64,000 nt of DNA. Origin: Rhizophagus irregularis (taxonomy: Eukaryota). The DNA is taken from positions 5,022,001 to 5,086,000 of the forward strand of contig NC_089429.1 in NCBI RefSeq assembly GCF_026210795.1, in the 5' to 3' direction. A program made the translations under genes and the position numbers. Of the stretch, positions 27,028 through 38,183 are shown one piece after another. Each line of letters opens with the position of its first letter. The stretch's first letter is position 1. The notes under the pieces were generated by a model. It made no database searches. It was not told the origin of the DNA and saw nothing but the letters and a program-made list of their open reading frames with translations.

Positions 27028-27344
27028 TTCATACAGTAGTTGTATTGAAATATCTTTGGAATTTATGATAATTAATTCGCAGAACGAAATTTCAATATCT
27101 TTGCTACTACCGCAATAGTTAATTGATGAAAAAATTCTAAAATGTGATTTATTAATAAAATTTATTATTTATTTTTACTATTAAATTAAGATTTTCAAGA
27201 AATTTTAAAAATCATGAATAAGTTTCCTTCTTTCATATTTATAATTTACTCTAAAATCACGTTTAAATCGTCAATACCGGAAAAGATTAGTAGTCACTTG
27301 TAGCTTTGATTAAAACGGGTTTAATTAAAAAAATTTTACAAAAT

Positions 27345-27493
27345 CGATGAGAAGATTTCATTAGAAAAGAGATTATTAAATAATTCAAAGCATAGTTATT
27401 TAGAGATTTTATAGATTTATGTAAAAATAGAGAAAGATTATATGGTTACAGAGCAATTTTTAGTAACAGGATCCGAAATATTGATAGATTAGA
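27345..27493 (+). pseudogene. 5' relic of a BTB-SPRY gene (duplicate of 25306-25460)
   Basis: Shares lesions with the first relic (gatttcatta, tatttagagatttta, tattgatagattagaa). Confidence 0.75.
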
Positions 27494-27642
27494 AACCCGT
27501 GATTTGTTACCATGCAGTTAAGAAATCGCCATCAAATCACAACGATATGTGACGACATGTCTCGTGAAATTGTCATCTTTATGAAGTTGTAAAATGCTAT
27601 TAAATAGGTGGTAAATAACATCGAAAATTAGTAGTGAAAATT

Positions 27643-28798
27643 GAGAAAACTTAACCTAGACCGGGGGTTTAGGCTTCTTATCCTAGACCTGGGGGTCCAG
27701 ACCTCTTATCTTAGACCTTGTGGCACAGCTGATCATTATCAGCCTCATTTGTTTATTTACCACCATTTTTTTTTTTCACACGAAATAAACGCTACGCTCA
27801 CTCTCTTTCTTACCTGCTCTTTCATTTGGTTTTTTTCTTTATATTATTTTTTTCTACACAAATTATTTTTCTTTTTTTTTATAATAAATATTTTTTATTA
27901 CCATTATTTTCATAATAGTGTTTATTAGAACAATAAAAAATCTTTTTTATCAAAAATTTTAAATCTAATAAATACAAAGTGTTCTTTCTCTAATAATTAC
28001 GCTTTAACACTTGCAATAGGTAAGTTTATTCTGGTTTCTTTGAGTTTTGGATTAAATTATTACGGTATGTATTGTTTGAAACTTTTTTCAACTAAAGTTT
28101 GTGATTTTACTAACATGTACGTGCTTTTTGTAGATTTTCATGGTATAATTTTAGCATTCTGATTAAATTAATTGGCTTTGGTTGGTATGTTGAAAATAAA
28201 ATTGTTTGAATACTCGTATTTACAAAATTTCAATGGAAATTTGTGAAATATTTTCACTTTAATAAGTAATAATGGTATTTTTTTTAATACAAGGTTATTT
28301 TGTAAGGAGAGAATAAATAATAATATAATAGATAATTCTTTACCCAGTTGTCAAATATTTGATAAACACTTCTAATATTTGGTTTAGTTTAATTTTTTGT
28401 CATAAAATATTCCAAGAAAAATGCTCATACTTCGTATCTCGTTGTGAAATATTGCTTTAATAAAAAAATTAATTTAAAAATCTCGAAAAATTTCTATAAA
28501 TGTTACGCGCGTATTAGCGTATAAGTATTATAAAAAAATTTATGAAAATTTCTAAGATAAAAATGTTACGCGCGTATTAATGTATATATTATAAAAAAAA
28601 ATTTATGCTGATAAAAATGTTACGCAGTACATCGTGAAAAATTTTCTAAGATAAATGTTATGCAAAAATAAGTCTTGTCCAATGGATTTCGGTGGCTGAT
28701 TAAACCAATCATATTTAAGGAGGGTCTAGGATAAGAAGCCTGAACCCCGGGGGTCTAGAATAAGAAACCTGAACCGGGGGTCTAGGATAAGGACGCTC
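27643..28798. mobile_element. Non-autonomous Mutator(MULE)-like element
   Basis: Perfect 9-bp TSD GTGAAAATT (27634-27642 and 28799-28807). Imperfect TIRs GAG....CTTAwCCTAGACC with about three subterminal repeats at each end. No ORF. Confidence 0.85.
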
Positions 28799-30439
28799 GT
28801 GAAAATTAATCTATGACATCGGAAATAGCCTTATGTATCATGTGATACAAGTAATATTATAAAATGATAATCATTAGTATAAACCAACGAAAATCTTTCC
28901 TTTCGCTCTTTACCTTTCATTTTCCCCCATTCCTTTCCTTCATTTTTCTCTTCATTCCTTCTCCCCTTCATTGTTTTGTATCTTTTTTTTTTAAAAAATT
29001 GTTTTATAATTTGCTTAAAAAAAAATTACTTTTCTTTACGGTTTTTTTAACGTCATATTTTAATTTTTTTTAAAAAAGATAAATCTCGGTTTTCTTCCCT
29101 CATCCTTTCTTTCTTCTCTCGTATTTTATTTAAAAAAGACTTTTTTTTTAGGCGGCTCCCTCTGACATTTTGTAAGTTTTAGAAAAAATTTTTTTCTTTA
29201 ATTTATTTTAATGAACGGTCAATAACAGTTCGTTTTTTTTCAGGTAGTTCTTCGGGTCTCTTTGGACGCGTGGGATTTCATTTTTGATAATTATCCTAAC
29301 GAACTTTCAAATTTTATCTTTTTTTAGACGCACATGGGAAAGAAAATCGAGGTTATATGTTTTTCGAATTTAATTCTTTTATTTTAGGTGACTTTTCTAG
29401 ACGGGGGGGACGAGATTTCGATGGGAGGATTTTTTAAATGTGAAACGTTTTACTAACGTTTCATTTTTTTCTTTTTTAGATATCGATGAGGTACCTTTTC
29501 TAAGCTTAGGGATTTCGTAAACCAAGTCGGATTAAAAATGAGTACCAAGAAGCGAAAATTTTAGAACTTCACAATGGAATTATGAAAGATAAATGTGAGT
29601 TTCAAAATAATTTCGAAACTAGTACTAAATTTAAAAAGATATTTTAATAAAATTTTTGTTCATCTCTTTCATAAGACACCACCAGCCCCACCTTTGTTAC
29701 CGGAACCCGGAGGTATGTTTCAGAATACTTTCAAAGACTTTCTTTTTTAAAAAACATTTTAATACGTAATAACCTTTATTTATTTATTTTCATTTATTTT
29801 TTTTTTTAGAGGAATGGCTTCCAATATAGGAATACCAGAATTCTAGTAAGTTTCGAAAATTTTGAAAATAATGTTATTAATAGAGTTAAGAGGACATTTA
29901 ACATTATAGGAAAATTTATATCTATGTTTATTGAACAATTAGTTTTATTTATAGATTAGAATAATTCTTATGATTAGATTTAGGATAGAAAAATTTAATA
30001 TTTCTAAAATAAAGTTTATAATATATCAACTTTAAAATAAACTATAACTTTACTGCAACTTTAATATTTGTTTACTATAACTTAAACATGCATTTAATAT
30101 AATTTAAATATATATTTATTATATGTTTTCGATTTCAATACTATTTTTGCACGAGCCGGTTAAATCAGGTGACTATTTAATATGCATCAACTTATAATCA
30201 AGATTTGGTCACGATATGGTATTAAATCTTTACGATAAGTTCTATGATAAAGTTTTGATAATTACGATATCAATAGTTTCGATTTTAAAAGTTTCTGCAA
30301 AGAAAATAATAAAGCGCAGCTAAATACGGAAAACGGAAATATTTTTCCCCATAGAAATAGTGAAACATAATCATACAAACTTATACATAAATAAATTCCA
30401 CATTGAATTATTTTTTTCTTAAACATTTTTCTTTAAAAA

Positions 30440-31684
30440 ATGACGAGAGGATATTCATTAGAACAAGATTTAAAATTGTTAATAAATAATCCTAAATATA
30501 GCGATTTAGAAATTTTATGTGAAAATGAAAAGAAATTATACGGTTGTAGAGCAATTTTAGCAGCAAGATCCGAAGTATTTGAGAGACTACTTTATAATGG
30601 GATGAAGGAAAGTTATGAAAATCAAATTTCTTTTCCAAAAATTAATTCCGCTGGAATGGAAATCGTATTAGAATATACCTATACAGGATCAATTAAAGAA
30701 GAATTTTTAACAAAGGATAATATGATTGAATCTTTTTACGCTGCTGATTATTTTCAATTACCAGACCTTCAGGATTTTATTATGAAAGTTTTCAAAAATA
30801 CATTAAAAAAAAATCTTACAGAAAATTATTCACCAGAATTATTATCGAAATTTGCAGAAAAAATGCCATTAACAGAAGATAACGTTCTATTGAATTTATT
30901 GGTTGAAGCGGTAGCAATTATTCCACTAAATACAATTGAATTTGGTCGATTATCTATTGCCGGTCTTAAATATCTTTTATCTTGTACATATGAAAAAGAA
31001 ATGACTTTTTCAACACCGGAATATGAAGTTTTTCGATATCGTGCTATTCTTGCAGCAAAACAAGTTTCTAATGATGCATATACAACTCTTATGAAACTGT
31101 TACCTACCTTAGAACAAATGCAAATGGATAATTCAGTTCAAGTAAAAAATAAATTTATTACTGATCATCAAAATGTTGCTAAAGAATTGAAACCTTTGGT
31201 TGAATTTATTGATTTCAAGCGAATTAAAGGACAGATTCTAACCGATGTTATTGATCCATTAGAAATTATCCCTTCAAAAATAATTTTAAATGTTTATCGA
31301 GACATAGTAAGGTCAAATAACTCAAACTTAAATTATATTCGAGGAATACCAACGATGTACGTTTGGGATGAAAAAGAATGTATATGTTCATCAGAAAATT
31401 TTAATTATAAATCCTGGGCAGGAGGTCAGTCTACGGGATGGGTATTAGGTTCTAGTGGTAATTGTTTTAATTCTGGTACATCAATAGGATATTGTTCATC
31501 ATTTAAAGACGGTACAAAAATTACTGTTCATTTAGATATGAATAAAAGAACTTGTGCTTTTACAGTCAATGGTATAAAATATCCGGAAGTATCAGGATGG
31601 AATAATTTGCCATCAAAACTTTATCCGGTAGTATCATTAAAATTTCCAGGTCTTTTACGAATTCAAACTCATCAAAAAATTTGA
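30440..31684 (+). CDS. BTB-SPRY paralogue 6 with an in-frame 52-codon deletion of the N-terminal half of SPRY
   Basis: Nearly identical to paralogue 5 up to WDEK, then jumps straight to ICSSENF (junction 31381/31382). Confidence 0.85.
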   Translation: MTRGYSLEQDLKLLINNPKYSDLEILCENEKKLYGCRAILAARSEVFERLLYNGMKESYENQISFPKINSAGMEIVLEYTYTGSIKEEFLTKDNMIESFYAADYFQLPDLQDFIMKVFKNTLKKNLTENYSPELLSKFAEKMPLTEDNVLLNLLVEAVAIIPLNTIEFGRLSIAGLKYLLSCTYEKEMTFSTPEYEVFRYRAILAAKQVSNDAYTTLMKLLPTLEQMQMDNSVQVKNKFITDHQNVAKELKPLVEFIDFKRIKGQILTDVIDPLEIIPSKIILNVYRDIVRSNNSNLNYIRGIPTMYVWDEKECICSSENFNYKSWAGGQSTGWVLGSSGNCFNSGTSIGYCSSFKDGTKITVHLDMNKRTCAFTVNGIKYPEVSGWNNLPSKLYPVVSLKFPGLLRIQTHQKI

Positions 31685-33215
31685 TTCATACACTTTCTTT
31701 GGAAGTGTTAAGTGTTTATTTATGATAATTAATTCGCAGAAGTAAATTCAATATCTTGCTACCGTAATAATTAATATAATTAATTGATGAAAAGATTCTA
31801 AAATGTGATTTATAAATAAATTTTATTTATTATTTTACTACTAAATAAGACTTTTAAGAAAATTTAAAAATCATGATTAAGTATTTATAATTTACGTCAA
31901 AACCGGAAAGATTAGTCACTTGTGGCTTAGAAAATCTTCAACGGTCAACACCAATTTTAAAATATGGTTTTCATTCCATTCAAATGGATTATTAACCGAT
32001 GTTGTATAGTATAGTGAGTATAGTGTCGTAGCACCCTTGGTATAAATAAAATATTTTTCCGAAGAAGAATTCCGAAATTTTCGGAATTCCTATACAATCC
32101 GAAAATAAATAATTTTACCTCGAGAATTATCCTATTCGGATTTAAACTGAAGACGTTTATCAAACCAACTGTGCGACTTCAAAATTTTTTTTTTGTAAAA
32201 AAAAATTTCAGTAAGAATAATTTTTACTCTAATATTTTTTTTTTATGCAATTTAGTGTTCCCGGTGCGCTTTATTTATCTGCCTGGTGGAAGTGATCGTT
32301 CTAAGGTATATAGTACTCATTTAGCATAACCTTTTTTTTATTATTTTATATTAAATATTGGAAGTTAGATTATATTGTTAATTTAATAGAGCCATGTATA
32401 ATTAATCTTAATAAAGTTTAATCCATTTAGTTCATCAATATAACAAAATAAAAAGCGCTATTTATTTATACTGGTTATTTTTACGCCTATATACTACAAC
32501 CCACAGTTTAAAGTCCGAAAAGGGTAATTCTCAGGGGCAATATTATTTAAGAAAAATACAGTATATGATTATAAATAAAATTCATGTTATACGTCGGACT
32601 TCTTAACGGTAGATATAAAATTTTTTTTTTTATAAAAAAAAAAATCGTTTATAAATTTATGAATTTAGTGTTAAATTTTTATTTTTAAACTTATAATAAA
32701 CCGAAATTTGCCATTTCTCCTTACTCATTGTAAATAGAAAACATTATTTATTCATTTATATTTATGTTTTTATTTACTTTTCATTATGGGAACGTCTGTA
32801 AATTTATTTTTTCGTGATGAAAACAAGAATGTCAATTATATGACAGTTCAACCAAGCTTCATGTATCGTCTCAAGAGTCAGAAAATATAATTTTAATAAT
32901 GAACGAATTTATAAAGAAATCATAAAGTATATATATATTAATGATCGTTGTTTATATAAATTTTAAAAGTCGCATAAATAAATAATAAATTTGGTTGAAA
33001 ATTTTTTTAAAATATTTTTTTTTATTTGACATGCAAAGTCTATCGATGCCGAATAACTATTAATTACATTTCGATATAATAAAGGCGCAGCTAAATACGG
33101 AAATATTTTTTTCCGTGGAGCTAGTGAAACATGCTACAAACTTACACATAAATAAATTCCAAAATATAATTATTGAAATATGTATTTTTTTTTCCTTAAA
33201 CATTTTTCTTTAAAA

Positions 33216-34584
33216 ATGACGAGAGGATATTCATTAGAACAAGATTTAAGATTGCTAATAAATAATCCTAAGTATAGCGATTTAGAAATTACACGCTTGT
33301 AGAGTAATTTTAGCAGCAAGATCCGAAGTATTTGATAGACTACTTTATAATGGGATGAAGGAAAGTTATGAAAATCAAATTTCTTTTCCAAAAATTAATT
33401 CCGCTGGAATGGAAATCGTATTAGAATATACTTATACTGGATCAATTAATGAAGAATCTTTAACGAGAGATAATATAATTGAAGCTTTGTACGCTGCAGA
33501 TTTTTTTCAATTACCGGAACTTCAGGATTTTATTATGAAAACAATTAAGAATTCTAATTTAGCAAAAAATTATTCACCAGAATTATTATCAAAAGCTGTG
33601 GAAACAAGGTCATTATCAGAAAATGATACTTTTATACACTTACTAGTTGAAATTGTAGCAACTATTCCATTGAATACCATTGAATTTAACCGATTATCTA
33701 TTGCGGCATTTCAATATCTTTTATTTTGTACACATGAAAAAGAAATACAATTTGCAACCCCGGAATATGAAGTTTTTCGATATTGTGCTATTCTTGCAGC
33801 AAAACAAGTTTCCAATAATGCATACGAAACTCTTATGAAATGGTTGCCAACTTTAGAACAGATAGAAAATTCAGCCCATAAAATAGACAACATGATATTC
33901 ATTACCGATCATCAAAAAGTTGCTAAAGAATTGAAATCCTTAATTAAATTTATTGATTTTAGACTAATTAAGACTCACATATTAGCTAATTTTATTGAAC
34001 CATTAGGAATTGTTCCAACCGAATTGATTTTAAGTGTTTATAGACATAAAGCTCTATTGAATAATTCAGACTTAAATGACGCTCGGGGAATACCATTTTA
34101 TAGATGGGATGAATTAGCACACGGATCAAAACTTATTATTGAAGATAATGAGAAAGTTGTACGTGTATTGGATCAATTCAATAGTCAAAGTGTTAGAGCT
34201 AGAATGATATTAGAAAATAAAAATATCTTTGAATGGGATGTCATTGTTGAGAAAAGTTGTAATTATATATGGGTTGGAGTATGTTCATCAGAAAATTTTA
34301 GTTATGAATCCTGGGCAGGAAAACAACCTACTGGTTGGGTATTAGGTTCCAGTGGTAATTGTTATAATTCTGATAAGAGATCATCAGGATATTGTCCATC
34401 ATTTGGAGATGGTACAGAAATTACTGTTCATTTAAATATGAATAAAAGAACTTGTGCTTTTACAGTCAATGGTACAAAATATCCGGAGGTATCAGAATGG
34501 AATAATTTACCATCAAAACTTTATCCGGTAGTATCATTAAAATTTCCAGGTCGTTTACGAATTCAATCCCATCAAAAAATTTGA
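33216..34584 (+). pseudogene. BTB-SPRY paralogue 7, frameshifted by a 23-nt deletion; 3' frame 33355-34584 still open
   Basis: ATG at 33216 (MTRGYSLEQDL). Compared with paralogue 4, the sequence between two AGAAATT motifs is missing at 33290/33291, giving TAG at 33300-33302. Confidence 0.85.
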
Positions 34585-34939
34585 TTCATACGCTTGTATT
34601 GCAATATCTTTGGAATTGTTAAGTGCTTATTTATTGTATTAATTCGCGAAACCTAAATTTTAATATCTTTGCTACCGCAATAGTTAATATTTTAAAATGT
34701 GATATATAAATAAAATTTATCTATTTGCTTTCACTGTTTTACCGTTAAAATAAATTTAAAATCAAGATTTTCTATCTTTAGTTTTATTAATTATTCTATT
34801 GAAATCACGCTAAGGAAGAATACATGCGGCAAAATTTTGTTATCCGTCGTTAAATCATCAAAATCAGAAAAAATTAGTCACCTGTAGCTTAGAAATTTTC
34901 AATGGTAAAAATCATAAAACGACACAAACTTTTATAATA

Positions 34940-35600
34940 CGGTTTTCATTAAATGTAAAAATGAAGAGAAGCTATTATTATAGAGCAATTTTAGCTGATA
35001 TATTACTACTTTATAATGGTTGAAGGAAAGTTATGAAAATCAAATTTCTTTTCTTACTTCAATTATTCTGCAATGGAGATTAAACTTATACAAGATTTCC
35101 GTAATTGGTACTGATGTACTTGTTACATAGGGCAATGACGGCAACGTAATGTATCTGCGCAGTTATACGGGATTAATTAAAGAAGAATCTTTAAATAAGG
35201 AATAATTTAGTGTTCCAAAAGGGTCGGGTCAAACCCGGGTTACTGAGATGACCCGTAACCCGCATGAACCGATCCGGCCTGCGTAGAGTCGGGTTATACC
35301 TTTACTTTGACCCATATCTTTTTATTATATTTTTAACTAAAAATTTAACTTTTTTTATATTAAAATAATTAAATACAACCTGCTGACAGGTCGAACCCGC
35401 GTTATCCGATTCAGACTATAATCGAGTCAAGTCAAATCGGGTATTACTTTAACACTCGGGTCGAGTTAGAGTACACTTCAAAACCCGACCCGACTCGACC
35501 CTTTCGGAACACTAGACTCACATATTAGCTGATTCTATTGAATTATACCATCCGAATTGATTTTAAGTGCTTATTGACATAAAGTTCTATTGAATAAAAT
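34940..35600 (+). pseudogene. Fragmented BTB-SPRY relic interrupted by a MITE
   Basis: Pieces gagcaattttagc, ttataatgg..gaaagttatgaaaatcaaatttct, aaagaagaatcttta and, after the MITE, gactcacatattagctgat..gaattgattttaagtg. Confidence 0.8.
35208..35514. mobile_element. hAT-type MITE
   Basis: 23-bp TIRs TAGTGTTCCAAAAGGGTCGGGTC / GACTCGACCCTTTCGGAACACTA (2 mismatches) and internal acccg/cgggt repeats. No TSD visible. Confidence 0.8.
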
Positions 35601-36514
35601 TATCGGTCTATAACAAACTATGAATTTCCGTATAATAATATATTTAACAAGTTAATAACGTCTACCGTATAACGGACCATAATATCCGAATATGGTACGA
35701 ATTTCGGAAGGTTTGACCTGTGCTTCGCGCGTAAAGACTTCTTTGCATATGAAAATAAAATGTTTAACTTAATTTATTGAAAACTACGTTGCTTTATTAT
35801 GTTTCGTTTCCGTAGAAATCACAGTTTAACAATTGTAATAATTAATTGAGGTTTACTGCATCATTGCGTGAGATTTTATTATTAATCGAATTATATAATA
35901 AGTGGGTATTAATATGCGAGTATTATTAATGATCGGTAAAAAATGAGAGTTCTTTTTTTGTGGGTACTATAGTACATAGGTACAGTGGCCGCAAAATATG
36001 GAGATTGATATAACTTTGACTTTTGGTGTGTTATTATGGAGTGAATGCTGAATCAAAAAAACAAATTTTTCAAATTTGTAACCAACAACATATGGTACTA
36101 ATTTTAAATCTATTACAGCCGATACAAAATATGATTATATTAACACAAAATTAATCTATCTTTCTTATGGCCGTATTAAATAATCATGATCAATTATACA
36201 AGCTAAAATTGAATAATCAAACAAGTTCTATCATTCTCGATATTTTTAATTGATATGATAAAAATAATGCTATTCTAACAACAAAAAACAAGTTTCGAAT
36301 TACGATCACGAAATAAAATATAACAAAACTCGGTCAAAGTATTAAATAAATTAAATAAATTTATTACCAATCAAGTTTTCAAATAATCATAAGTATCACT
36401 GAACTAATAGAATTGCTTATTGCTAAATATCAAATAATTCAGGAATTACTAATAAGATATTTACATTACATTTGTTTAGTGAATTCGTCATAACATAATC
36501 CATCGCATTTTATA

Positions 36515-37182
36515 TTAATAAAAACTGATAAGTACAACACCCGCAACCATACTAATACATCCGATACCCCTTTGCCAAGTAAAATCTCTTGCAGTTACAC
36601 CAAGTAAACCAAAATGATCAATTATACAAGCAAAGATTAATTGACTAGCAACCATGACACTTAATACAACAGCAACTCCTAGGTTTGGAACTGTAAATAT
36701 AAGAGTTAAGATAATTATTGCAATAGGTAATCCACTTAGCCATGGATAAATTGGTTCATCTATAAATAGTGTAAAATAAGGTTAATTTTTATATTAAGAC
36801 ATGTAAAGAATATAATTATAATTACTTATAAATACTTCTCTGAAGTTCGGGGACTGTAATCTTGAATCGATGAGAAAATATATCAATATAACTAAACATA
36901 AACAAAAATAATTAGTTGGATTTTCTACGATAGTTTTGAAAATTAGAAGGAATTGAATATTTACTTACAAAAGGCTCCAATTAAAGTTGCTACAAGAGCA
37001 GAAAATGATTTTCCTCCCTTAGCTTGAAGTTTTGCTACAGCCGCTGTGACACACTCGTTTGTTTAGTGAATTCTGTTATGAAAATGAATAATTCAAAAGT
37101 AAATACCTGATTGAATTGTTGCACTTACACCAGCAATTATTGCCATTAACACATGTATAGCATATAATATCTCTGATCGCAT
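36515..37182 (-). CDS. DMT-superfamily small membrane transporter, YdcZ/DUF606-like; 4 exons, 153 aa
   Basis: Exons 37182-37107, 37043-36969, 36891-36826, 36759-36515 (all GT-AG, phase 1) give MRSEILYAIHVLMAIIAGVSATIQSAAVAKLQAKGGKSFSALVATLIGAFFILIYFLIDSRLQSPNFREVFINEPIYPWLSGLPIAIIILTLIFTVPNLGVAVVLSVMVASQLIFACIIDHFGLLGVTARDFTWQRGIGCISMVAGVVLISFY*. About 5 TM segments; AG...IQ, PxLG, QL..IIDHFGLxG signatures. Confidence 0.85.
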
Positions 37183-38183
37183 TTTTCCTTGTAATGAATG
37201 AAAAACAAACTAATAGTTTGATTAACTCGTTCGTTTAGTCGTGTAATATATTGCTTTTTTCAGATTCGTGCTACCTCATGCAAATCACTTTAACAAAATA
37301 AATTACCAATTTTACAGATTTACAGGACGATTATTGGACAAAAACCGGACGTAATTCGTTAATCACCCAAGTGTACACAAGATTCTGAAAACTGAAATAA
37401 AATGAACAATATTAATTCTAAAGTTATTGTCTGATTGAATTTTGTATGTACATCATGAGATTAAATTCTGTAACGTGGCACTAAATAACATTAAACTTAA
37501 AAAAAATACGTTTATCAAAAAAAAAAAAAAAAAAAAAAATAACAAATAGAATTATTATACTAAATGGTTGTTTATAAAAGTAGTGCTTCGACCCGAAATC
37601 CGGATCAGATTTACATATCAAAATTTTTTTACCATTGACTGAAATCACTGAATGATTAATTTAAAAAAAGTGTTAAATTTGTGGCTTTTGTTAATAAAAT
37701 CCGTGGCGATTTTTAAGTAAAATTCGTGGTTATTTTTAAATAAAATTCGTGGTTCTTTTAAATAAATTAGTGGCTTTATTAATAAAATCCGTGGCGATTT
37801 TTAAGTAAAATTCGTGGCTATTTTTAAATAAAATTCGTGGTTCTTTTAAATAAAATTTGTGGCATTTTCAATAAAGTCATGGCTATTTTAATAATAAAAT
37901 TTGTGGCTTTTTTTTACATAAAATTTGTGGCTGTTTTTTTACCAAAATTCGTGGTATTTTTAAATAAAATTTATTTTTTTGTGGCTTTTTAAAAATTTGC
38001 TAAATAACAATGTGTCATTTTTATAGAATTTTGTGGCATTTTTATTATTGAATTTCGTGAAATTTTTTCAAAATTAAATCCAAATAAACACTATATAAAT
38101 GCCGTAATTGCAATTTGGTCGTTTTATCACAATTTCATTTTGAAATTAAGTTCTAATATTACATATAAATTAGACCATAAATT

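Noticed and set aside
37517..37539. Poly(A) run as a retroposon tail
   Set aside because: No upstream element body or TSD, and homopolymers are common throughout the window.
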